A stretch of DNA of 64,000 nt. Origin: a virus. Its lineage: Duplodnaviria > Heunggongvirae > Uroviricota > Caudoviricetes. The translations under genes and the position numbers were made by a program. The stretch is taken from the IMG/VR virus record IMGVR_UViG_3300032007_000002. One strand, written 5' to 3'. The notes under the pieces were generated by a model. That model made no database searches and was not told the origin of the DNA. It saw only the letters and a program-made list of their open reading frames with translations. Below, piece after piece: positions 46,649 to 56,829 of the stretch; position 1 is the stretch's first letter; the number at the start of each line of letters is the position of its first letter.

Positions 46649-47002
46649 TTACTCCTTGCCTGTCTGCACAGGCTTAATATCAGCGCATTTTGCCTCCGGC
46701 ATCTGGCCGAACGGCGTAGGTCCCGTTACGAGGGTGCTGGAGAATCCCAGGATGGACGGGAAGAACTCATGGTCGTCATCGTCCTCGATGATGTTCCTGC
46801 ACGCCCTGATGGCCTGGCCCATCGACGAGTAGTGTTTCGCCGTTGCCGGGTTGTCGCTGCATTCGCAGAAGCGCTCATTCTGGAGCCATCCGCGGTTGAG
46901 CATCTTGCCCCGGCACTTCCACTGGATGAACACGAGAAAGCAGTCGAAGGTCATGCCCGGTTCCGGGAACTTGCGTTCCTCGTATGGGAGTGCCTTAGCC
47001 AT
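46649..47002 (-). CDS. Hypothetical protein (117 aa)
   Basis: Operon packing. Confidence 0.6.
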   Translation of the reverse strand: MAKALPYEERKFPEPGMTFDCFLVFIQWKCRGKMLNRGWLQNERFCECSDNPATAKHYSSMGQAIRACRNIIEDDDDHEFFPSILGFSSTLVTGPTPFGQMPEAKCADIKPVQTGKE

Positions 47003-48128
47003 TCTTGAGCTCCCTCAGCGCGGCTTCCACCGGCTGGATGTAGTAGAGCTCCTTGTTCGGGACGGCCACGTTGGTGTGTTCCTTGAAGTCGCACACCAGG
47101 CCGTCAATCGGGGCGACAATCTTTTCCTGGGTCCCGTCGACGCAGTAGATGGTGCCGAGCTCGGTGCCGGCCTTCACCGGTCTGGAAGCGATGTCGGTGG
47201 CGTCGGAAGTATATTCGATGAACCCGTACTTGCCGTAGTGGTAGATTTCCTGGCACATGGCGTTGGTGGTGAACGGGGTGGACTGCTTGAAGAAGTCCTC
47301 GTATTCCCAGAAATATTCCCCGCCACAGGTTTTTCTTTCGCCGTTGTAGTAGTTCGGGGTGATTGCACAGTTCTTTCGAATATGGCTAATCGCGTCAAGC
47401 AGCTTGTGGAGGAACTCGGTCTGCTTGCGGAGCAGGTCTGCCTGGCCCGGGCAGTCGCCCATGCCGCCGAGCTCGATGGTGAAGCCCACGCGGCCCTGCT
47501 CGATGGCATAGCGCTTGATCGTGTCGGTTGGACCGTTGCGGACCATGAAGTCAAGGCCCTGCTCGTGGCAGAACTTCACGTATGTCTTGGCATACGGGCC
47601 GTTGTCGATGAGGACGCAGTTGTGGCACAGCGGGGAGTTGTGGATGTCGATGACGATGTCCGCGCTGGAAATATGGCGCTTGACCGAGTCGATTGTACCC
47701 GTGAGTGTGCAGCGGACAGAGCCGGGCTCCGAGCGGAAGGCGCGGTTGAGGTTGCCCTTGGGGTCGCCGTGGATGCGTTCCGGCTTCTTCGGCGCTCCCG
47801 GTGCCGGAGGGACGAGGCCGTAGTCGTTGCGGTCCGGCTCTTCCGTGAACTCCCTGGTGCCGTGGATGAGGCCGTAGGGGTTCACGCCCGCCAGGATCTG
47901 CATGCGGCCGTGCATGTTCCCGCTTTCGTGGCGGTCCTTGAAAGTCCTGAACATGTCGAGCGATGCGAGGACGGCAAGCTGTTCCGGCCCGTGGACGCCG
48001 CTCACGACGAGCGTGGACGGGTAGTATTCGCCGGTCGGGGAATGGTAGTCGGGTTTGCCGAAAGAGTCGGAAATGTATGCGGGATAGGCGCCTGCCGGCA
48101 AAACCTTGATTTCGGGGGTCTGGATCAT
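46995..48128 (-). CDS. M14-like Zn hydrolase, succinylglutamate desuccinylase/aspartoacylase family (377 aa)
   Basis: GVHGPE (HxxE), NP.G...R, NLNRAF, IDIH motifs; C-terminal hybrid-barrel-like domain. Confidence 0.75.
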   Translation of the reverse strand: MIQTPEIKVLPAGAYPAYISDSFGKPDYHSPTGEYYPSTLVVSGVHGPEQLAVLASLDMFRTFKDRHESGNMHGRMQILAGVNPYGLIHGTREFTEEPDRNDYGLVPPAPGAPKKPERIHGDPKGNLNRAFRSEPGSVRCTLTGTIDSVKRHISSADIVIDIHNSPLCHNCVLIDNGPYAKTYVKFCHEQGLDFMVRNGPTDTIKRYAIEQGRVGFTIELGGMGDCPGQADLLRKQTEFLHKLLDAISHIRKNCAITPNYYNGERKTCGGEYFWEYEDFFKQSTPFTTNAMCQEIYHYGKYGFIEYTSDATDIASRPVKAGTELGTIYCVDGTQEKIVAPIDGLVCDFKEHTNVAVPNKELYYIQPVEAALRELKNG

Positions 48129-48397
48129 TCGTGGGCCTCCTTGAGCAGCTCCGATGCGTTTTCTTCCATGAATTTAGAGATTTGTTGGTAGCCGAGCGTC
48201 ATGGCTTCAGCGGGAAACCCGCGGTACTTGACGCGGGCGGGATAAGCGGTGGTCGTCCCGTCGTCTTCCACCTGGAGGACGAGGGCGATGCCGAAGATGT
48301 GCAGGAACAGGTTCACGAAGCGGAGGAACCCGTATTTGCGGAATTCGTCCCAGGAAATCCTGCGCACGGTGTCGTTGGACTGTTCGCCGGTTGCCAT
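48125..48397 (-). CDS. Hypothetical phage protein (90 aa)
   Basis: Operon packing. Confidence 0.7.
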   Translation of the reverse strand: MATGEQSNDTVRRISWDEFRKYGFLRFVNLFLHIFGIALVLQVEDDGTTTAYPARVKYRGFPAEAMTLGYQQISKFMEENASELLKEAHE

Positions 48398-48398
48398 A

Positions 48399-48854
48399 TT
48401 ATTTGCCCCATGCCCTTTTGAGAAGACGCCAGTAGGTCAGGTCGTCCGGGTTTCTAAATGCCCATTTCCATGCGGCCGCAATCGGGATGAAGATGCCGAA
48501 AATAAACCCAAATATCGCCAAAATCACTCCCAAGACGAGGCCGGCAAAAACGGTAATGACAAATATTATCGATCGGGCAGGATGCAGGTCAACCCATTCC
48601 ACCTTGCCGACACGGGTCGCCACCTCGTTGCCGCATGTTCCCTTGACCACCGACGCGGATTTCGTCTTCGGGTTGAAAACGACGGCCCTCGGCCCGTCGC
48701 ACTGCGGATCTTCCACGACTGTCTGGAAGCACTGGACGCTTGCCGGAAAGGTTCTTTTGTCGTTGGTCTTGACGATGTAGGCATTGTGTGACAGCAACGC
48801 CACGATGACGATTGTAGGGATGAGCACGATTGCCATGCGCAAGATTTGTTTCAT
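48399..48854 (-). CDS. Membrane protein (151 aa)
   Basis: N- and C-terminal hydrophobic segments; GAGG RBS. Confidence 0.7.
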   Translation of the reverse strand: MKQILRMAIVLIPTIVIVALLSHNAYIVKTNDKRTFPASVQCFQTVVEDPQCDGPRAVVFNPKTKSASVVKGTCGNEVATRVGKVEWVDLHPARSIIFVITVFAGLVLGVILAIFGFIFGIFIPIAAAWKWAFRNPDDLTYWRLLKRAWGK

Positions 48855-48872
48855 ATTTATCCTCATTGAAAA

Positions 48873-49190
48873 TGCCGGTAATTCGACACGCCAAGCCGCC
48901 AGGATACGATCGCTCTCCAGGCCATTTTCGACTTCCCGTCACCTACTCCCTACCCGCTGGGCTGGATCCCTTTCGTCACACGCCCCCCGCTTGTCGGGAC
49001 ATTTCAGCAAGACTACACCTCGGGCCGTTGTCAGCCGCAGGACAGGTTCACCCCACTTAGTCACCCCGACCGCAACAGGCGCTCCCGTCAGGGCAGCTTT
49101 CGCAGTTCCGGTATCGGATCGGTTCGGTCTTTTGTCGGCATCCGCCGGGCGTCCCCGGGCGGTGCGGATTGGCATGCCGGATTACCGGCA
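48873..49190 (-). ncRNA. Putative ~318-nt structured non-coding RNA of unknown class
   Basis: Begins right after a TTGCTATATTTT promoter; ends pair perfectly (TGCCGGTAAT/ATTACCGGCA) followed by TTTT; internal GC hairpins; no convincing ORF. Confidence 0.6.
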
Positions 49191-49210
49191 CAGCTAAAAT
49201 ATAGCAATTT

Positions 49211-52200
49211 TTATCTTGTCCGAGTCGCCTTCCTCGACTTTTTTCTTCTCACCATGTACGGGGTGAAGTAGGAGACCCTGCTGTTGCTTCGTATGTCCAG
49301 GCAATATCCGTTCTCCTCCGGCTGCACGGTGACCGCGATTACGTCCTCGTTGATGCGGTCCGAGTGCACGCGGAAGTCTATGCCGTTCGCCACGGAGGAC
49401 GAGCCGTACCGGAGGCCGAGCATCTCCGCGCGGCGGTTCACCACGCCGGCCATCGCCAGCGGATAGTCGATGACATCCCTGACCGTCTGGGCATGCGGCG
49501 TCCGGGTTTGCAGTTCGAGCAGGGAACGGACACCCGGTACATTCGCCGGCCAGGACGACGGTTTCGCACCGTGACGCTCCTGGGTCTTCGAGCTGCAGAG
49601 GTCGAGCATGTCGATTTCGTCCTTGGTCTCGTCCCCGACGCATACCGCGTCGATGCCGATTGCCGGGAGCAGACGCCCGATAGACTCCCTCTGCGGTATC
49701 TTCATGCCCCCGCCCACGCGTTTCGACTTCGGTGTCGGTTTCGGTGTCGGTATATTTTCGCCGATTTCCTGCATTACGGCGTCAGCGACCTCCTGGCCCT
49801 GCATCTGGGCCAAATCATCGTGCGCCTGGATGACGAAGTTGTCCGCGTCGAACCGGTTCTGCTGCTTCGGGATCTCCCGGAACCCGAACGCGGCGAACGC
49901 CGCATACACGTCGCTCGCTGCCGGCAAGCGGAGTTCCTCGGTCTCCAGGGCGCCCTTCGCGGTGTCCGGGTAGAGGATTGTACCGTCGTCGAACCGGATG
50001 ACCGTCCTGTCGGAATAGCCGAGCTCGGTCAGCCGCTTCTCCCCCTCGGTAGCCGGATGTTCGGACAGTGCGACATACGGGGCGTGGGTGTAGCCGGAAA
50101 CGGGGCCGTCCTTGGCCGGGCAGATGAACGGGCACCCGTAGTGCAGGGTGCACCACTTGAATTCCGCCACCTGCATTTCGTCCTTGTTCATGTAGAAGGA
50201 CGAAATCGTGTCGAGGTCGCTATAGACGAGCTCCGTGCCGCGGTCAAGATCGATCGTCCCCTCGTCCGCGCCGTAGTAGATGGCGCGTCCTCGCCAGGTG
50301 CCACGGCACATGGAGTGCTTTATCTCGTGCCTGAGCGTGTCAAGCGCGATGTCCACTGCATCTTCCGCATTGCCGTCAGAATGGAGGAACGCCACGTCCC
50401 GTATCGCGGCGTCGTTCAGGCTGAAACTCTTCACCGACTGGCATTCGAACATGCAGGTAATCTGTTTAAGCGTTTCCATCATCGTCTCGGGACTGCTTTC
50501 CGGCACCGCCTTCTTCAGTTCGTCCATCAGCATATCCCGGAGAGCCGGGTTGCTGTATGTCTCTACGGCATCGACCAGGCACTTGGTCTCGCACGGCGCC
50601 GGGAGGTCCTGTTCGGGATCCGCCTGCATGTCCACGCGGAGCAGGGTGTCCTTCTGCGCCGGCTGTATGGAGACGATGCGGTAGCCGCTGTCCGGGCAAT
50701 CCGGCACCTCGACACCGTTAGTGCAGCGCCTTGCAGTCTCGTTGTAGGACGGGTGCAGCGCGATGAGCTTCCCGTTGACGAGCAGCATCGGGATGAACAG
50801 GTCCATCCCGGCGCGAAGGGCCGTGAACTGACCGGTGACGCGGTTCTTTATGACCGCCCGGTTGAACCCGCGCGGCAGGTACATCGCGTGATAGGTGTAT
50901 TCCGGGGTATCAGGCTGGTGGTCCGGGTTGGCCCGGCCGTTGTCCTGCCTCTGGATATGCGCGGTGGAGCGCAGGTCGAATCTCGCCGACGAAATCCTGC
51001 GGATGGCATCGTCCTTGTATGCCTCGAACCCGGCGTCGTAATGCGGTTTCCAGAGCAGCTTGCCGGCGCTGTCGAGCGCGAGGACGTTGAACCGGAACTT
51101 CAGTTCCTCCTGCACGCACTCCGACATGATGTCATTCGGGAGGCTGACCGTGTCGAACCCTTCCGGGATGTAGTCCAGCGGGCTGGTCGTCCAGGAACTG
51201 TCCCCGATGCGGACGGTCCCGTATGTCCTGCCGGTCCTCGGGTCGGCGATGGACACGCCGCCCCTGCCCACCTTCGCGCCCTTCTCGAACACGCGGGAGC
51301 ATACGGCGGCTTCCCGCTTGACCATGCGGTTGTGCAGGTTGATTTCGTCCACGATGGTGCGGAGGCGCTCGCGCTCGTCATGGACGGTGTAGGGAGGACA
51401 CAGCTCGAAGAACGGGCCGCCGAGGAGCATGGAAAGTTCGACCTCGGAATACTTGTTGTCGCCCTTGCGCTCGTCCACGTTGTCGTGATGGTGGTTCCAG
51501 CGGTTGTTGACATGGACCAGGCGCCCGCCCGGGCCGATGTCTATGCCGAGCATGGATTCGCCGTAGAGCTCGTCCTCCTCGGTCATCGTTTCGAAACCCG
51601 GCAGGACTGCCAGGTATAGGCGGACGAAGTTGGTCACCCCGGTCATCTTCCCGTCGACCTTGGAAAGCGCCTGCGTCTTGTGGTAGCCGTTGAAGGTGCC
51701 CTCGTAACCGAGGTGGCACCAGTCGTGCGGCTTGGTATACTCGAAATACTTGTTGGCGGTCTCGAAGCAGTCCAGCTCGATAATCCTGTACCTGCGCGGG
51801 CCGTACTTCATGCGTCTCAGCCTGCGCTTCATCTTGCACCAGTCCGCGGTCACCTTGGTCCCGTAGACGGCTTCCAGGGAACGGTAGGTGGCCAGTTGGC
51901 CGTCCCTGTCGGCGAGGTGGCGGGTGTAGTCCTTGCAGTGCGCGATGGAGATGATGCGCAGGATGTCGTGGAACTGGGAAACGTCGTAGAGCTGCTCGTC
52001 GCCGGTGCCGAGCTCGAGTTCCCCGAAGGCGATGCGGGCCGCGCCAGGCGCGAAGCGGATCTTGCACTGGCCGTCGCGGAAGAACGTCGCGCGGAGGTCC
52101 ATGTAGGCCGCGCGTGTCCATGACGAGATGCCGCGGTTTCGGGCGACCTCGGCATAGATTTCCTGGAGCCTCCCGGCGTTCGGGAGGCCCATGAGTACCT

Positions 52201-52261
52201 TCTTGGTGTAGCGGTAGGCGTCGCCCTCGCTACCGTATGTGTCCTGGGAACGGTTGTCCAT
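49211..52261 (-). CDS. Very large hypothetical protein (1016 aa)
   Basis: Longest ORF in the window; phage-like codon usage; no recognised catalytic motif. Confidence 0.8.
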   Translation of the reverse strand: MDNRSQDTYGSEGDAYRYTKKVLMGLPNAGRLQEIYAEVARNRGISSWTRAAYMDLRATFFRDGQCKIRFAPGAARIAFGELELGTGDEQLYDVSQFHDILRIISIAHCKDYTRHLADRDGQLATYRSLEAVYGTKVTADWCKMKRRLRRMKYGPRRYRIIELDCFETANKYFEYTKPHDWCHLGYEGTFNGYHKTQALSKVDGKMTGVTNFVRLYLAVLPGFETMTEEDELYGESMLGIDIGPGGRLVHVNNRWNHHHDNVDERKGDNKYSEVELSMLLGGPFFELCPPYTVHDERERLRTIVDEINLHNRMVKREAAVCSRVFEKGAKVGRGGVSIADPRTGRTYGTVRIGDSSWTTSPLDYIPEGFDTVSLPNDIMSECVQEELKFRFNVLALDSAGKLLWKPHYDAGFEAYKDDAIRRISSARFDLRSTAHIQRQDNGRANPDHQPDTPEYTYHAMYLPRGFNRAVIKNRVTGQFTALRAGMDLFIPMLLVNGKLIALHPSYNETARRCTNGVEVPDCPDSGYRIVSIQPAQKDTLLRVDMQADPEQDLPAPCETKCLVDAVETYSNPALRDMLMDELKKAVPESSPETMMETLKQITCMFECQSVKSFSLNDAAIRDVAFLHSDGNAEDAVDIALDTLRHEIKHSMCRGTWRGRAIYYGADEGTIDLDRGTELVYSDLDTISSFYMNKDEMQVAEFKWCTLHYGCPFICPAKDGPVSGYTHAPYVALSEHPATEGEKRLTELGYSDRTVIRFDDGTILYPDTAKGALETEELRLPAASDVYAAFAAFGFREIPKQQNRFDADNFVIQAHDDLAQMQGQEVADAVMQEIGENIPTPKPTPKSKRVGGGMKIPQRESIGRLLPAIGIDAVCVGDETKDEIDMLDLCSSKTQERHGAKPSSWPANVPGVRSLLELQTRTPHAQTVRDVIDYPLAMAGVVNRRAEMLGLRYGSSSVANGIDFRVHSDRINEDVIAVTVQPEENGYCLDIRSNSRVSYFTPYMVRRKKSRKATRTR

Positions 52262-52939
52262 TTACTTGCGGTCCGCGAATAAGATTGTCCAGATAATCGG
52301 GTGCTTGCGAATTGCGTCGTAGAAATGCGCACAGTGCTCGTAGTTCGAATACTTGTCGCCCGGGCGGTCCGGGCAGGTGGCAATCGTGACGAGACGGTGC
52401 AGGCTGACGTCATGCGTGCCATTCCCGGTAGTCATGGCATGGCCAAGCATGTTCATCATGCGCTTGGACATCGGGCGTATATGTAACACGAACCACGAAA
52501 ATACGGCGGTAAAGATGCCGATAAAGGTAATGAAACCAATCAGAATATAGTACGGCTCCACAGTGGGTTCTCCTTTGCTATTTTGTTTCGGCGTTCCCTG
52601 GCACGATCCATGAGGAACTTGTCGGGCGGGTAGTCCGGGTCCAGGAAGTATGCCCTGCCCCGGCAGAACATGCAGCGTTCCCAGAGGTCGGGGCGGACCA
52701 GCCGCAATTTCTCGTAGGTTTCCTCGAGCATGGGGAAATCCTGGTGAGGCCTGCGCTTGATGAGCTCGTCCAGGTCCGGGATGATCGGCTGCGGCATGAA
52801 ATCGCGGACGAACTCGTTCTCCGGCATACCCTCCTCGATGTGGAAGGTGTAGCTGCCGTCGCACGCGTCGATTACCTCGCCGTATGCGTGGCGCCGGAGG
52901 CGGAAGAATATCCTCCCGCCGACGCTCGTCGCAGCGAAG

Positions 52940-53359
52940 CTACCGGTTTTCGGTGAACTTGATTTCGTCGCCATATTCATCCTTGAGCAGGGCGAAAAGT
53001 CCGATTTTCGGATCGACGATGGAGTGGAACGAATACTCCGCCCGCTTGGACATCCCCGTGTCGAAGATGGCCAGGTGGTAGCGCGGCTTGTCCCCGTCGA
53101 AATACGCGGCGAGCTCGAGCGTCTCCATCCCGCCGATCTTGGACGGGGCGAGCGCGACCAGGTCGATGTGCCGCGCAAACTGCCTTGCCATCCCGAAACG
53201 GATGCGGGTGTCGTGCAGCGGCATGTTGACCTCGTTCTGGAAGTCCCCGAGCCAGTGCGGCTCGATTGTGACGTTCTTGCCCTCGTCCCTGGCCTTGCGC
53301 AGGCGGATGTAGCGGACAAGTCTGAGGTCCGCCGGGTGCAAAAGATCTTCGGAATCCAT
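52940..53359 (-). CDS. Hypothetical protein (139 aa)
   Basis: AAGGAGG RBS. Confidence 0.65.
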   Translation of the reverse strand: MDSEDLLHPADLRLVRYIRLRKARDEGKNVTIEPHWLGDFQNEVNMPLHDTRIRFGMARQFARHIDLVALAPSKIGGMETLELAAYFDGDKPRYHLAIFDTGMSKRAEYSFHSIVDPKIGLFALLKDEYGDEIKFTENR

Positions 53360-53368
53360 ATTTCCTCC

Positions 53369-53656
53369 TTACCACCATTTCCCGGGAACTACCCCGGCCG
53401 TATCGACGAGGGACTTCATTTCTTCAGTCGTATCGGTGACCACGACGATGCTGCCGAACCCGTTCTGGAAGAACACCATGGCGGTTTCCTTGGACGGGTC
53501 CTTGTATTCCGGGTATTGGAGCTTGCCGTCCCCGACCCTGCCCTTCCAGCATTCGCTCGCGACGGCCTCTCCGGCAGTCTTGCACTTGGTTCGGCAGTAG
53601 GCGGAATCGTCAGAAACGTCTACGAACGTCGGGAAATATCTGCTTATCGTAATCAT
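53369..53656 (-). CDS. Hypothetical protein (95 aa)
   Basis: Promoter motif at 53676 and GAGG RBS. Confidence 0.65.
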   Translation of the reverse strand: MITISRYFPTFVDVSDDSAYCRTKCKTAGEAVASECWKGRVGDGKLQYPEYKDPSKETAMVFFQNGFGSIVVVTDTTEEMKSLVDTAGVVPGKWW

Positions 53657-53692
53657 GTCAACCTCACGGATGCGCGAAATATAGCAATTTCC

Positions 53693-54037
53693 CTAGTTGT
53701 GGAACAGCAGGGCGAAGATGAACGGGTGCTTCCTTACCTGCCTGACGAACTTCGTCATCACCGGGTAATTGGCGTTGGCGTAGTTGCCGGTGTCGATTAC
53801 CCAGTCGCCCTTCTTGATGTATAGCCGTTGGAACATGTCGCAGAACTCGCCACCGTCGATGGCGTTATCGACGATGCCTGCCTCCTCGCCCGCCTTGATG
53901 CGTTCCATGACTTCCTTTGCACCGCGCCACACGTCGATGCCGGTGGAAATCCACTGGACAAGGAAGCCGACCGTGACGAGTGCCGCGAGAACCCCGATGC
54001 CGCACAGCAGGGCGAATGTGATGGTATCGTCTGCCAT
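53693..54037 (-). CDS. Membrane-anchored protein (114 aa)
   Basis: N-terminal TM segment; GGAGGAG RBS. Confidence 0.65.
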   Translation of the reverse strand: MADDTITFALLCGIGVLAALVTVGFLVQWISTGIDVWRGAKEVMERIKAGEEAGIVDNAIDGGEFCDMFQRLYIKKGDWVIDTGNYANANYPVMTKFVRQVRKHPFIFALLFHN

Positions 54038-54038
54038 G

Positions 54039-55241
54039 CTAGTTCTCCTCCGTCACCGGCTCGAATACGTGCGGGTCGGCGAGCTTTTCCGGGTTGAAAT
54101 TCTTCCAGGCGTCGGAATTGTCGATCTTGTGTTCCGGGTTGCTGGCGAAGTCGCCCTTGTGGGTCTGTTCGGTAATGATTTTCACCCCGTCGGCAGATAC
54201 CTGGGCTGCGATTGTCTTGGATTCGCCGGGTTCGGGGATGCCTGCTGACCTCTGGCGGGACATGAACCGGGCGCGGGACATGAACAGGGCGTCCACAATC
54301 GTGCCGAGGAGCGGGGTGGACTGGTATGCCTTGCGGACGTCGTCAAGGTCCTCGTAACGGATTCCCTTCTCGTCGAAGAGCGAGTTGATCGACGGGATGT
54401 AGGTGAGCGTCATCGCGCTATCTCCAGGAACCTTGAACGTGAAGTAGTCGTCGTTTGACGCAATGCCCGCGTCTGCGCCGATGTATGCGTTTCCGGCGAT
54501 GCGGACGGTGGGCCCCACGATGGCACGGCCGCCAATTACGGCGCTGTTGCATACGTGCGCATCTGCCACATTGGCACAGTCGGTAACGACGCAGTTATGC
54601 TGCAAGAACGACCTGCCGCTGACGGTGCACTTTCCGCGGGCGCATGAATGGCCGTACATGCGGGCCTGGCCGCAGACAGTGGCGCGTTCGGTGACGTTGG
54701 CGAAGTCGGCCAGCCTTGCGAAACCGCCGATTTTCGCCTGGCCGGATGCCCTGGAGTAGCCGCACATGATTGAGTTGTTGGATACCCTGCAGGAACCGCC
54801 GGCGACCGCGTGGTCGTTAAGTGAAGCGGAGTCCTTCACCGTGGCGTATTCGTTGACAATCGCGTTGCCGCATACGCCGGCGTGGTCAGTGACGACGGCG
54901 AAACCGCATACGGTAGCATGGTCCGTGACAAATGCCTGCAAGTTGACGACTGCGAACCTGAACACCTGCGCATGGTCGGCAACAAGGGCGTCGTCCTTGA
55001 CCACGGCATGGCCATAGACGCATGCGTCGTCGGCGACAAAGCACCTGCCTTCCTGGGAAAGGTTGTCCTCGCGTTCGATCCATCCGCCGACCGTGCCGGC
55101 CTTGATCTTGGGACGGTTGGACATTTCTTCGTGTTCGATGTCAACGAGGAGACGGATGCGGCGGACGGTGATGTCCCCGACCTTCTTGGTCTCGCCAGTA
55201 AATTCGTATTTCTTGGTCTGTGTAGTAGTTTCTTCTGCCAT
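54039..55241 (-). CDS. Hexapeptide-repeat (left-handed beta-helix) protein (400 aa)
   Basis: KKYEFTGE...GGWIE..NLSQEG N-terminus followed by many [VI]xxxAx hexapeptides. Confidence 0.8.
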   Translation of the reverse strand: MAEETTTQTKKYEFTGETKKVGDITVRRIRLLVDIEHEEMSNRPKIKAGTVGGWIEREDNLSQEGRCFVADDACVYGHAVVKDDALVADHAQVFRFAVVNLQAFVTDHATVCGFAVVTDHAGVCGNAIVNEYATVKDSASLNDHAVAGGSCRVSNNSIMCGYSRASGQAKIGGFARLADFANVTERATVCGQARMYGHSCARGKCTVSGRSFLQHNCVVTDCANVADAHVCNSAVIGGRAIVGPTVRIAGNAYIGADAGIASNDDYFTFKVPGDSAMTLTYIPSINSLFDEKGIRYEDLDDVRKAYQSTPLLGTIVDALFMSRARFMSRQRSAGIPEPGESKTIAAQVSADGVKIITEQTHKGDFASNPEHKIDNSDAWKNFNPEKLADPHVFEPVTEEN

Positions 55242-55255
55242 AATGTTTCCTTTGG

Positions 55256-55762
55256 TTAAAGATTGGGACGGACCTCTTCGGGCAGGTTATTCGCGACCGT
55301 CTTCACGTGGGCCAGCTTTTCCTGGATGAACGCGGCGACCGTGCTTGCCGGGAGGGGTTCCTGCGACCACCAGCGGTTGATGTCATCGAGCATGACAATC
55401 TCGGTGTTCGGGTCGTTCAGGACGCGGAATACGTGCTCGTGGGGATGGTACGTGCTGAAATACACCTTGCTCTCGAAACGCATGAGGAGCTGGGTATCGT
55501 TCGCGAAACGGACATCCTTCACCTTGACATACCACTCGACACCCGGGACTATCGTCTGGAGGGTGTCCACGTTCTCGTAGGTGTGCTCGTGGATGCGGAA
55601 CCACTTGCCCTCGAAGCGTTCCTTCATTTCGTCAAGGTGTTCGCTGCAGCGCTCCTCGACGAGCGTGCTGCGCTTGTTGGAAAGGGTCTCGATGGTCTTC
55701 CCGAGCCACGCGATTTGTCCGTCGCGGTCGAGGCCTTCCGGCATCTGGATGGGAGTTTCCAT
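55256..55762 (-). CDS. Hypothetical protein (168 aa)
   Basis: GAAGGAG RBS. Confidence 0.65.
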   Translation of the reverse strand: METPIQMPEGLDRDGQIAWLGKTIETLSNKRSTLVEERCSEHLDEMKERFEGKWFRIHEHTYENVDTLQTIVPGVEWYVKVKDVRFANDTQLLMRFESKVYFSTYHPHEHVFRVLNDPNTEIVMLDDINRWWSQEPLPASTVAAFIQEKLAHVKTVANNLPEEVRPNL

Positions 55763-56277
55763 TACGTCGTCTCCTTCTTCCTGGGCGTTCCCCAGCGTGT
55801 AATCACGTGGAGCATGTACATGCTGTCCGAGTTGGCACAGAAGAGGGCCACCGGGGAACTGATTGGGCTCTCGACATAGATATCGCACTTGCGGACCATC
55901 TTGATATACGGTGCGCGGATGGGTTCGCCGTGAGGGAACTTGGGAGGCATCTTGTAGGGGCAGTAGCCCGCGTCGGTGAGGACGCAGGGGATGAGCTCGT
56001 CGTCGCAGGGAATGGTATGGACGGTGGCGTCCGTGCCCTCGACTTCGGAGACGTGGTGCCAGTCGTAGGCCAGGATTGCTGGGGCTACGTGCTCCGCGAA
56101 ATACTGGCGGCCCCACTGGCTGCTCTCGTAGTCGATTACGTGGCCGAGCTTGTTGTGCTTTACGAATTCAAGCGCCTGCGCGATTTCGTCCTCGGTAAGC
56201 GGCGTCTCGGGGACGGGGAAGTCCGCGAAGAAGGTTGCCGGTGCGGGAGGAAGTGTATTGTCTGGTGGTCTGTGCAT
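55762..56277 (-). CDS. Hypothetical protein (171 aa), apparently leaderless
   Basis: ATG 6 nt after TATATT. Confidence 0.7.
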   Translation of the reverse strand: MHRPPDNTLPPAPATFFADFPVPETPLTEDEIAQALEFVKHNKLGHVIDYESSQWGRQYFAEHVAPAILAYDWHHVSEVEGTDATVHTIPCDDELIPCVLTDAGYCPYKMPPKFPHGEPIRAPYIKMVRKCDIYVESPISSPVALFCANSDSMYMLHVITRWGTPRKKETT

Positions 56278-56295
56278 GCCTGAAATATAGCAAAA

Positions 56296-56829
56296 CTAGA
56301 AGCTGGTCTGCTGCGTCGCGGGGCGCAGGCCGTACCGGGTCGGGAAGGACAGCTTCTCCAGCCCGCCGGCATCGCGGATGTTCTCGCCGGCGGACGCGTC
56401 GATTACGTCCTGGGCGATCTTCTCCACGACGGAGGCCCCATTGAGACCGAGTTCGGTAAACCAGTCGACACGGCTAATGAGAATCGAGACCGCCATGCGG
56501 TAGTGCCATGTGTCCATGGTCTGCTTCATGCAGGCGACTGTCCCGGCGTCCACCCTGAACGCGTAGAACACGCGCCTGGAATTCTTGACGCGGTGGGAGG
56601 CCACGCCGGTACGGACGAACTCGTCGTAGGCGAACTTGATGCGCTTGCACTTCGTGAGGCTGATGCGGTAGTCCACCGCGCCCACGGTCTCCCCGTACAG
56701 TTCGGCCTCCCGCGCGTTATCCGCCCGGCAGGTCTTTACCAGGTTGATCGTGAACATGTTGCCGAGGTTGTCGCAGAGCACGGCCCGGTATTCAGTGTCT
56801 TGTAGTTCTTTTTCTTTCAACTGTTCCAT
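56296..56829 (-). CDS. Hypothetical protein (177 aa)
   Basis: Operon packing. Confidence 0.7.
   Translation of the reverse strand: MEQLKEKELQDTEYRAVLCDNLGNMFTINLVKTCRADNAREAELYGETVGAVDYRISLTKCKRIKFAYDEFVRTGVASHRVKNSRRVFYAFRVDAGTVACMKQTMDTWHYRMAVSILISRVDWFTELGLNGASVVEKIAQDVIDASAGENIRDAGGLEKLSFPTRYGLRPATQQTSF

Noticed and set aside
48873-49190. RNase P RNA, tmRNA or SRP RNA identity
   Set aside because: Conserved signatures (GAGGAAAGUCC/P4, tRNA-like ends, SRP loop) not found
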